Below the pieces are notes generated by a model. It saw only the letters and a list, made by a program, of their open reading frames with translations. It had not been told where the DNA came from and did no database searches. A DNA stretch of 64,000 nt from Spirochaetia bacterium (GTDB lineage Bacteria; Spirochaetota; Spirochaetia; SP-2023): the NCBI GenBank assembly GCA_965225855.1, contig CBDDCK010000004.1:96001-160000 (forward strand). The letters run 5' to 3'. Positions 20,601-28,217 of this stretch are shown piece after piece. Positions within the stretch are counted from its first letter, which is position 1. Every line of letters starts with the position of its first letter. The position numbers were made by a program, and so were the translations under genes.

Positions 20601-22306
20601 AAACTACCATTAATTAACTCTTGATGTTTTACTTCTTTATCCTGCTGCTCCCGAGCTTGCTGCTGCAAATCATCTTTCAATTTACGATAAGCTTCTTGCT
20701 CTTTTTCCAGCCCTTCTAGCCTTTTCTCTTCCTCTTCGCGATAACGATGTTGTTCAGCCCGCTGTAATTTTTTTAACTCATGTAGATCATTTTCCGTCTT
20801 TTCAATATTTAAAGCTAATTGTCCCGTAATTTCTTTCCATTGATTATCGATTTTCTCACTATCATGCAATGCTATACGCAAATTGCCATCTAAGACCGTA
20901 TATTTTTGTTCGGCCCTTTGTAACATTCCATCAAGTTTACACGCATACTCTTCGACTTGAAGCAAATTCCCTGCTAAACGGGCTTCCCTACGGCGGTATT
21001 CATCTTGTTCATCTGCCGAGTTACAATCGTCTAACAATTTTGTTAATTTTTCTTTAAGGCCAGCATCTTTTTGAAAAAGTTGTAACAATTGCTCTCGGCA
21101 CTCTTGCGCAATTGCAGCTATTTCACTCTCCTCACCCAGCAAATGGGATTTGTTCAAACCTTGAAAACAAGGATTTACTAAGTTTAAACTCCAAAACAAA
21201 CTAATACCTTTGTCCCAAAAAGCATCAACTTTTTCTTGATCTTCTGGAAAAACTTCACGCAAAACACTGACAAAAGCCCTTTGTAGTTGGCGAATATGCA
21301 ATCCACCACTACAGGCGTGGCCATTGACAAAGCTTTGAACCAAACGCTGATTATATAGGCCACTATCATTAATCTGCCATTCAGCCAAATGAGTAAAACT
21401 CAACTGCCATCTTTCACCCTTTAGATTGCAAGGCTGGTAAAGATAATTTAATTTTCTCCATTGCGGTAGAGTTTTAAATAAATCTCCTATACTTTTTTGT
21501 CTAATGATATGGCTTTGATTTAAATGAATTTCCAAACCCGGATATAAAGCAGCAATTTTACACAATACGTCAAACAATTGTGGAATTCGTATCGATTGTT
21601 TACCAAAAATTTCAGAATCAGGCGTAAAACGAATAAAAGTACCATTTTCCTTATCACATCGGCCACGGCGATCCCTTACAACACGCCCTCCGGAACTTTC
21701 TATTTCAGCAAATTTATGTTCTTGATACGATCGCAGCAAAAAACGACTGCTCAAAGCATTGACTAATTTTAAACCTAAACCACTAAGGCCTTCACAAAAT
21801 TGAATTTCCACACTATTATTTTTTGAGTTTTGCCCTAATTTTTGAATTTTTGTACGCAACTGCGTATGCGGAATGCCCCGCCCATAATCACGAATCGTAA
21901 TGGTTTCAGAACTACAAAGCACGTCAATAATCTTGCCTTGTCCTTTGCTGTATCCTTGAAGGTATTCATCAATACTATTATTGAGCAATTCTTTAAATAG
22001 CACGGTAACACCACTATGCCATGTTTTTTGGTTGCCCAAATTATAACGCAAATTTTGGCTCCCAGGCATATCCGTAATAGAAGTATATAAGTAGTTAGGA
22101 TAATGCTGGCGCAAATGCTCAATAATAGAGCTAGGCCTATTAGCTCTTACGCTGTGGATACCCGATTTAGACACAGCTGCCGTGGAAGCTGGGCTGGAAA
22201 CAGAAGAAGTTTCTGTTTTTAGTGGCACTTTCGGCACTAAAGCTAAAGGGGGCATGACAAAATCCCTACCATGTTCAACGGAAGTATTATCAGAGAGGTC
22301 TTTCAT
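17654..22306 (-). CDS. Fusion of a ParE/GyrB-like GHKL ATPase + transducer with a SpiroCoCo-like long coiled coil and C-terminal HTH-like tail
   Basis: KELLNNSIDE, IRDYGRGIP, GLSGLGLKLVNALS, GTFIRFTPDSEIF and SFVNG..GGLH motifs; then ~1100 aa of heptad-rich E/Q/K/L sequence; ends VVQLHSKKWSSSEIARATQLSVGEVELILEM. Confidence 0.8.
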   Translation of the reverse strand: MKDLSDNTSVEHGRDFVMPPLALVPKVPLKTETSSVSSPASTAAVSKSGIHSVRANRPSSIIEHLRQHYPNYLYTSITDMPGSQNLRYNLGNQKTWHSGVTVLFKELLNNSIDEYLQGYSKGQGKIIDVLCSSETITIRDYGRGIPHTQLRTKIQKLGQNSKNNSVEIQFCEGLSGLGLKLVNALSSRFLLRSYQEHKFAEIESSGGRVVRDRRGRCDKENGTFIRFTPDSEIFGKQSIRIPQLFDVLCKIAALYPGLEIHLNQSHIIRQKSIGDLFKTLPQWRKLNYLYQPCNLKGERWQLSFTHLAEWQINDSGLYNQRLVQSFVNGHACSGGLHIRQLQRAFVSVLREVFPEDQEKVDAFWDKGISLFWSLNLVNPCFQGLNKSHLLGEESEIAAIAQECREQLLQLFQKDAGLKEKLTKLLDDCNSADEQDEYRRREARLAGNLLQVEEYACKLDGMLQRAEQKYTVLDGNLRIALHDSEKIDNQWKEITGQLALNIEKTENDLHELKKLQRAEQHRYREEEEKRLEGLEKEQEAYRKLKDDLQQQAREQQDKEVKHQELINGSLQNWNRLQQALRNASNLQKKRDLEQKQILQYLRSAKVSAEAEVGIVKKNVKLAEQKMLQRQENYLKNFQDNARDEFETIYDEIAERKQELHGSMEEDQQKAYEKLQKLHERFSENLNVADKHWHERLEQVGQNSEEGLQRRVEQRQEALEHLDKIWHEQEEALEEYHQRQRNFLECWQERLDEGRREVQSHQDTQLELVRNRKELQSFLSEQKNAREQQNQVWEDWLSDNRKDLAENKELVTTQLSSQYEEQRQQQQNWQARLEEQRQEMEQIRVKQLEALESLGAKFESEVQEKIQQRLKSWLEHFEILGKESETHFIAQKKLIQTKQQTLENELALTQQEKDKLWETLTQNFSNAKEEFDTLLEQFKHEQKEQQARIEETHVEQTKVLGQLQEFEQDANERMDSLNKNLSDHTVELRKEIEYSITELRSNIGYQLAQVEQSAQDQAILHQQGLLECDQKSNDLLKEYQKDFDSKLEQKYKALEQWSKNFVESFEEQKEALSKSLIEFSKNLKEKQEENLISQLEQWHKKFLAEQNAQQAKAAQEAQHKRNEFWQEQQLASQEEMLKQRKEFENLHKHLQGKMERERERVIDELKHLQNLSEQQEASIENLSQNLTRNVGQRSELLKQEMEENYRQFYEDILSNTRELHQLNSDERKALRDDLAHMRKDVDDLNKIIHTSENNLANVRKALPDSLKLQENLQALAEKEYLLRELEKDISQLQSTLNENSQIGQKTSEQLATLLARRNELSDMEQQMEQVLELSGSLYQQRESLEQQQQKMSSYQSHLDKLEYLYNESSDLLELLDQRKEQLLEAASLLHSYNDNLSDLEQKIEVMQKQLQPLELGFGKAKGLEQELEQQQQQLHSTQDELQEMQQAINELHADSQGIDKMREWIAKTETRMLELSENIQSNLHTVETIVRKNRPNERGSLGVNNGSKMDSDVRNTVVQLHSKKWSSSEIARATQLSVGEVELILEMLPSAS

Positions 22307-22550
22307 TGTATACTCATCTATTTTAAGAATTAATTGGAAAAATTATCAGGTTGTCTACACAAATTGAATTTAACGAACATCCAGACAAATTTGGCAGATT
22401 GTAAAGGAAAACGCAATAAATGTCATAAAAATTTAAATTGTAGCCAGAAAATAATCAAAAACTTCATAATAAAAACCTTGGCATAATTTTAAATAATAAT
22501 AACTCGGTATTTTTGGAATTCTATTTCATTTACAATTTTTCAATAGATAC

Positions 22551-22579
22551 TTGTCAAAAAATATCAAAAACATTATATT
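22551..22579 (+). promoter_or_regulatory. Sigma70-type promoter of the liv operon
   Basis: TTGTCA-N17-TATATT; GGAGG RBS at 22641. Confidence 0.55.
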
Positions 22580-22654
22580 GGTTTCCTTTGAATTGTTTAC
22601 AAAGTTATATACTTTTAGAAACAATTATAATTAAAAAACTGGAGGATTCCATTG

Positions 22655-23869
22655 ATGAAGTATTTACCTAACATTGCAATATTTGCGATGAGTTTGCTAT
22701 CTATTTTTACCAATGTTGCTTGTACTCAAAATGCCAAGCCTAAAAAAATAACAATTGGTTTTATCGGGTCAATGACTGGTGATTATGCCAATTATGGCCA
22801 ATTGCAAAGTAAAGCATTGCAGCTAGCTCTCGATGATTTTAATAAAAATGAAGGTGGTATCGCAGACGCTGCTGTTGAGTTAATAATTGAAGATTCTCAG
22901 GGTAAAGTAGAAAAAGGAAGTATTGCAGCGCAAAAGTTGATCAATGTTGATAAAATTAGTGGTTTAGTTGGCCCTGTTTTTTCTGGTGTAGCTATTGGCA
23001 TAGCTCCTGATTTTCAAAATGCCAAAGTCCCCGTTATTTCTGGTTCTGCAACGACTCCTGACCTAACTGAAATTGGCGATTATATTTTCCGTACAGTCCC
23101 CAGTGATGGCTTGCAGTCTGCAGTTTTAGGCCCTTATATCGCACAAGAACTAGGATATATGACTATGTCTATTATATTTACCAATAATGATTACAGCCAA
23201 TCCCTTGCTGAAAGTGTAACCAAAACTTATGAAAAAACGGGCGGGAAAGTGTTACTAAGCCTTGGTGCTCCTGAAGGTACCAAAGATTTTCGTACCCAAT
23301 TGGCCCAGATTAAAGACATTAAACCGGAAGCCATTTTTCTGCCCAACTATGTTGCCGAATGCGCACAAATCATAAAACAAATGGATGAAATTGGTTTGGA
23401 CATTCCCATTATCAGTGCCGATGGTTTTTCTAATACAGAAATCCATAGCCTGATTGGAAAATTGGCAAACGGTGTTATTTTTTCGGCAAGCCCAAGTAAT
23501 GAATCGGAAAAAGCAATTTCTTTTAGGACAGCCTATAATGCGGAATTTGGTGTCGATCCCGATGACTTTAGTACCAATATTTACGATGCGACAACAATTT
23601 TATTGCGAGCAATGAAAGCTAGTTACAATGAACAAAATAAGATGATTGATGCCGAGGCTTTACGCCTGAACATTCAAAATACCAAGAATTTTGCAGGGGT
23701 ATCGGGTAACATTGAATTTGCTGTTAATGGTGATGTCAAGAAAGGAATTGCAATCAAATCGGTTATTGGAGGCAAATTTGAAACTATAGGCTTATACACG
23801 GTAGAGTCGGGCCAATTGCAGCAATTACATACAGATACTTCATCTGCAAATATACATTCAAAAGATTGA
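22655..23869 (+). CDS. livK: Branched-chain amino acid ABC transporter substrate-binding lipoprotein
   Basis: Lipoprotein signal (NVAC), IGFIGSMTG, YIFRTVPSD, DFRTQL. Confidence 0.88.
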   Translation: MKYLPNIAIFAMSLLSIFTNVACTQNAKPKKITIGFIGSMTGDYANYGQLQSKALQLALDDFNKNEGGIADAAVELIIEDSQGKVEKGSIAAQKLINVDKISGLVGPVFSGVAIGIAPDFQNAKVPVISGSATTPDLTEIGDYIFRTVPSDGLQSAVLGPYIAQELGYMTMSIIFTNNDYSQSLAESVTKTYEKTGGKVLLSLGAPEGTKDFRTQLAQIKDIKPEAIFLPNYVAECAQIIKQMDEIGLDIPIISADGFSNTEIHSLIGKLANGVIFSASPSNESEKAISFRTAYNAEFGVDPDDFSTNIYDATTILLRAMKASYNEQNKMIDAEALRLNIQNTKNFAGVSGNIEFAVNGDVKKGIAIKSVIGGKFETIGLYTVESGQLQQLHTDTSSANIHSKD

Positions 23870-23945
23870 AAGTGCCATAAGCTTAATCATTTATGGATCG
23901 GGAAGAGTCTATAAATCTTTGCATTTTTGAGTTCAATACAATTTT

Positions 23946-24863
23946 ATGCTTCTATTACAATTCACTATCAACGGCTTGTCTATAGGTGCTATTTATGCCC
24001 TAATTGCTTTGGGCTACACAATAGTCTATGGCATTCTACAATTTATCAATTTCGCACACGGCGGTATCATGATGATTGGCACATACACTGGCCTTAGCGT
24101 ATATATGTATTTATTGCCGCTTGCTGATGGAAGTATTTTAGTACAAATATGGTACTGTCTAATAGCCATTTTCATTGCAATGTTGAGTAGTTCTTTACTT
24201 GGCTATTGTATTGAGCTGTTAGCTTATCGCCCTTTGCGCAATTCGTTGCGTCTAGCACCGCTACTTTCTGCTGTTGGAATGTCCATACTTTTGGAGAATA
24301 TTGCAGCATTGGTTTGGGGTACACGCAATCGTAGTTTTCCAACGCCATACCCAAATACGGCTTTGCCGCTGTTTGAATATGGTGGAAAAACTTTGATTAT
24401 TTCAACTCACGATCTAATCGTGCTCATATTGAGTATTATTGTTTTGGCTTTCACCTACTTTCTCACCCAGAAGACACGCTGGGGAAAAAGTTTGCGTGCC
24501 ACATGTATGGACAACAAAGCTGCCACTTTAATGGGAATTCCCGTCAACAGAGTAATCTCTTCTGCATTTATCCTAGGTAGTTTACTTGCTGCGTTAGCGG
24601 GCTGCTTTGCTGCAATGTCTTTTACCGCCTATCCTACAATGGGAACACTCTGGGGACTAAAAGCTTTTATCGCTGCCGTTCTTGGTGGAATAGGCAGCTT
24701 ACCCGGTGCGTTATTAGGAGGCTTATTTTTAGGGCTTCTCGATTCCTTAGGTCAAGCATTTTTGGGAGGTTACAAAGATGTACTGGCTTTTAGTATCCTT
24801 TTGCTTGTACTTATTTTTAAACCAAGTGGTCTTTTAGGGAAGAACATTCGGGAGAAAATTTAA
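23946..24863 (+). CDS. livH: BCAA ABC transporter permease
   Basis: GAIYALIALGYTIVYGILQFINFAHG, KAFIAAVLGGIGS. Confidence 0.93.
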   Translation: MLLLQFTINGLSIGAIYALIALGYTIVYGILQFINFAHGGIMMIGTYTGLSVYMYLLPLADGSILVQIWYCLIAIFIAMLSSSLLGYCIELLAYRPLRNSLRLAPLLSAVGMSILLENIAALVWGTRNRSFPTPYPNTALPLFEYGGKTLIISTHDLIVLILSIIVLAFTYFLTQKTRWGKSLRATCMDNKAATLMGIPVNRVISSAFILGSLLAALAGCFAAMSFTAYPTMGTLWGLKAFIAAVLGGIGSLPGALLGGLFLGLLDSLGQAFLGGYKDVLAFSILLLVLIFKPSGLLGKNIREKI

Positions 24864-24866
24864 TTT

Positions 24867-25790
24867 ATGTACTATTATCTACTGCTAATTTTTACGTATG
24901 TTGCCATATATTTTATTTTAAGTGCTAGTCTCAATTTGGTCGTTGGTTTTACGGGGCAGCTCTCACTAGGGCATGCAGCTTTTTTGGCCATTGGTGCTTA
25001 TGGAGTTGGTATTTTTACCAGTTTTTTATATCAATTTTCATTTTGGTTGTTTTGGCTACTTTCAGCTCTGCTGGCCGCTTTTATCGCATTTTTAATGGGT
25101 ATTCCCATTTTAAGGCTCAAAGGAGATTACCTTGCGATTGGCACTTTAGGGCTTGGAGAGGTCGTGCGTGCGATAATCCAAAATTGGGATAGCGTAACGC
25201 GTGGGCCTAGAGGAATTACGGGCATAAAAGGGCCTCAATTCGGTGCGAGCTACTTGCGAGATAATATGCTGTTATATGCTTTATTTGCTTGGATAGTGGC
25301 CATTGCTATCTATTTTTTCTGCCGTCATTTAGTCCGCACCCGATTGGGCCGAGCAATGGAGGCTATCCGAGAAGACGAAATTGCTGCTAGTTCCGTAGGG
25401 ATCAACCCGATGCATTATAAATTATTAGCCTTTTCGTTGTCTGGTTTTTTTGCCGCCCTTGCCGGGGGCTTGTGGGCCGCACGTTTTGGCACCATTACAG
25501 AATCTATCAGTAATTTTGAATACTCGGTATTATTTCTTTCTATGGTCGTACTGGGAGGAATGGGCAACCTCTGGGGTTCATTACTTGGCTCTGTGCTCAT
25601 AACTTTTTTTGATTTTGCACCACAGATGTTTGGTTTAACCAGTATAATTCCTCCCGAAATCAATCGCATTTTCTATGGCTTGTTATTGGTAATCATGATG
25701 ATTCATCGCCCCCAAGGTTTTCTCGGTCGCTCTAAACCAAAATTTATTTACAACCACAATCCTATTGTCGAAACAAGACCCAAAGACTAA
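24867..25790 (+). CDS. livM: BCAA ABC transporter permease
   Basis: SLNLVVGFTGQLSLGHAAF, LRLKGDYLAIGTLGLGE, AIREDEIAA. Confidence 0.93.
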   Translation: MYYYLLLIFTYVAIYFILSASLNLVVGFTGQLSLGHAAFLAIGAYGVGIFTSFLYQFSFWLFWLLSALLAAFIAFLMGIPILRLKGDYLAIGTLGLGEVVRAIIQNWDSVTRGPRGITGIKGPQFGASYLRDNMLLYALFAWIVAIAIYFFCRHLVRTRLGRAMEAIREDEIAASSVGINPMHYKLLAFSLSGFFAALAGGLWAARFGTITESISNFEYSVLFLSMVVLGGMGNLWGSLLGSVLITFFDFAPQMFGLTSIIPPEINRIFYGLLLVIMMIHRPQGFLGRSKPKFIYNHNPIVETRPKD

Positions 25791-25800
25791 GGTCGTCATT

Positions 25801-26604
25801 ATGGAAATTTTGTTGGAAGTACAAGATATATGCCGTTCCTATGGCGGAGTAAAAGCTCTACAAAACGTCAATATCCAAATACCATGTGGCAAAATAATCG
25901 GTTTAATAGGCCCAAACGGAGCTGGTAAAACAACGCTATTCAACCTAACTACCGGTATGGACCAACCTAATAGTGGGCAAATATTTTTTTCTGGCAACCA
26001 TACTCTAAACAATAAAGCCCCATACCAAATTTCACGCTTGGGAATAGCTCGTACTTTCCAAAATATCCGCTTATTTAAAGAGCTAACCGTTCTGGAAAAT
26101 GTAATGCTGGGAATGCACTATCAGCAAGGGAATCAATATAATAAAGGGAATCGCTTTATACATGCATTGCGTTCATTGCTGCAACACCGAGAATTAGAAG
26201 ATGATTTAATCAAAAACTGTATTTATTGGCTAAATTTTTTTCAACTAGAATCTTATAAAGAAGAACAAGCCGATAGTCTGCCTTATGGTAAACAACGCGA
26301 GCTAGAAATAGCTAGAGCTTTAGCTAGTAAACCTCGGTTATTGTTTCTCGACGAACCAGCAGCAGGTATGAATCCCAGTGAAACTCAAGAATTGACACAA
26401 AATATTCAGCGTATCAGCGACTTGGGTATCACTGTTGTATTGATTGAACACGATATGCATTTGGTAATGCAAATTTGTCAAAATATAATTGTATTACACC
26501 AAGGCCAAAAAATTGCAGAAGGTAACCCTCAAGAAATTCGCAATAATCCTACTGTGATTGAAGCGTATTTGGGCGACAGTGCCACACAGGAAACGCCATG
26601 CTAA
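25801..26604 (+). CDS. livG: BCAA ABC transporter ATP-binding protein
   Basis: GPNGAGKT, ARTFQNIRLF, LPYGKQRELEIARAL, LDEPAAG; ATG 25801. Confidence 0.93.
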   Translation: MEILLEVQDICRSYGGVKALQNVNIQIPCGKIIGLIGPNGAGKTTLFNLTTGMDQPNSGQIFFSGNHTLNNKAPYQISRLGIARTFQNIRLFKELTVLENVMLGMHYQQGNQYNKGNRFIHALRSLLQHRELEDDLIKNCIYWLNFFQLESYKEEQADSLPYGKQRELEIARALASKPRLLFLDEPAAGMNPSETQELTQNIQRISDLGITVVLIEHDMHLVMQICQNIIVLHQGQKIAEGNPQEIRNNPTVIEAYLGDSATQETPC

Positions 26605-27308
26605 AAATAGAAAACATCAATGTTTTTTACGGCTCAATTCAAGCGCTGTATTCATTAAATTTGGAAGTACCACAAGGCAAAATAGTAAGCCTAGTAGGAG
26701 CAAATGGTGCTGGTAAAAGCACACTGCTCAATAGTATTGCAGGTTTACAACAACCTCGGAGCGGTTCTATCAGTTGGTGTGATCAAATCATTTATGCAGA
26801 CAATCGCAAATTAGAGCCACATTTAATTGTTAAACATGGGATAGCCTTGGCTCCCGAAGGTCGGCGGATTTTTGCTGGCCTAAGCGTCCAAGACAATCTG
26901 GAAATGGGAGGCTATAGTATTACGGATAAGCATCTTTTCCAACAGCGTTTAGCGAATCAGTACAAATTATTCCCCCGTTTAGCCGAACGCAGTAGCCAAC
27001 GCGCTGGCTCACTATCTGGAGGCGAACAACAAATGTTGTGCATTGCCCGCGCTTTGATGAGCCAACCTCAACTCTTGTTGCTCGATGAACCAAGTTTAGG
27101 TTTAGCTCCTTTAATTGTTGAAAATATTATCCAAACTATTGTTCGTATTAATCGTGAGCAACAAATAACGGTGCTACTGGTTGAACAAAATGTCCGTTTG
27201 GCTCTACAAAATTCACAGTATGCCTACGTCTTAGAAAATGGGCATATTAGCTTAGAAGGTAGTGACTTATTGCAAGACCCTCGTGTAATTCAAGCTTATC
27301 TAGGCTAA
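26598..27308 (+). CDS. livF: BCAA ABC transporter ATP-binding protein
   Basis: GANGAGKS, PEGRRIF, LSGGEQQM, LDEPSLGLAP. Confidence 0.94.
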   Translation: MLKIENINVFYGSIQALYSLNLEVPQGKIVSLVGANGAGKSTLLNSIAGLQQPRSGSISWCDQIIYADNRKLEPHLIVKHGIALAPEGRRIFAGLSVQDNLEMGGYSITDKHLFQQRLANQYKLFPRLAERSSQRAGSLSGGEQQMLCIARALMSQPQLLLLDEPSLGLAPLIVENIIQTIVRINREQQITVLLVEQNVRLALQNSQYAYVLENGHISLEGSDLLQDPRVIQAYLG

Positions 27309-27332
27309 TCAATTCAATAAATTTAAAAAATT

Positions 27333-27690
27333 TCAAAGCAAATAATCAGCCTGATACACCCGCTCTAATGCCAGCTTCAAATTATTTTGACAATCCAAAA
27401 GTTGCTGGTCATTAGCCCACATTTCTATGACAAAAGGTGTTTCAAAATCTCAAAATATTGAATAAAATTTACTTCGCCTTCTCCAATTACTAAATCGCGG
27501 AATTGACCAGAAAAATCGTCTTGTACGGCTTTGGTATCTTTGATGTGTAAGGCGATAATTTCATGAATACCCGCTTTCAGATTTTTTCTATATTATTATT
27601 CCAGGCAAATAGGTTTCCCATATCAGGATAAACTTTAAGTTGGGAGAAGAAATTATTTGCTGATCCGGAACATGATAACTGAATGGGATA
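27333..27690 (-). pseudogene. ulaE: L-ribulose-5-phosphate 3-epimerase remnant (3' half only)
   Basis: Three frameshifted pieces: VYPDMGNLFAWNNNIEK / IIALHIKDTKAVQDDFSGQFRDLVIGEGEVNF / PFVIEMW, matching UlaE/SgbU motifs. Confidence 0.8.
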
Positions 27691-27864
27691 AGACGCGATA
27701 ACTCGGGATTTTTTTGGGATAAATGGAAGGTAAAAATTGGCTTACTTTCCAAAATAAAAAGGTAAAAAAATTTTTGTTTTTCGGCCTATGGGCCATTGTC
27801 GGCAGTAATTGGGCAACAATATGGCATCAAGTATCAAAATATCATGGTAACGGGCCACGGTCTC

Positions 27865-27930
27865 AAAAAGCTAGTAAGGTTTCTGAAAAAAGCTAGTAAG
27901 GTTTTGACTGAAAACCTTACTAGCTTTTTT
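27865..27930. repeat. 22-bp-period direct repeat plus perfect 20-bp inverted repeat
   Basis: AAAAAGCTAGTAAGGTTT at 27865 and 27887; arms 27886-27905 and 27911-27930 with loop GACTG. Confidence 0.9.
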
Positions 27931-28127
27931 GATTGGCAACCTGGGGATTTTCCAACAAACCCGATCAACACTGTATGGCCAAAGTTGTTTGCTTGAAGAG
28001 CCCCAGCTAAATACCCAGAAGAGCCGCAACTAAATACCCAGAAGCCCATATAGCCAAAGCTAAAGTGCCCAAACATAAAAAAACACACAAAAAACACAAA
28101 AAAACTTACAAAAAGCTTATATAGACC

Positions 28128-28154
28128 TTGACTCAATTCCCCCCCTAACACAAT
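28128..28154 (+). promoter_or_regulatory. Putative promoter of lipoprotein copy 1 with C7 tract in the spacer
   Basis: TTGACT-caatt-C7-taa-CACAAT (15-bp spacer); same layout upstream of copy 2. Confidence 0.4.
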
Positions 28155-28217
28155 AGGGCTCTATGCACTAGCCCGTATGGGTTGGTTAATCTTTATCCAT
28201 TTTTGGAGGTATTGCTT

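Noticed and set aside
17654..22306. Annotation as parE/gyrB
   Set aside because: TOPRIM and C-terminal topoisomerase regions are absent, and there is no adjacent parC/gyrA
27796..28151. Small ORFs 27796..27996 and 27834..28151, and similarly 30026..30550, 41802..42041 and 52854..53099
   Set aside because: They are by-products of repeat or low-complexity DNA or antisense shadows, with no RBS or recognisable motifs
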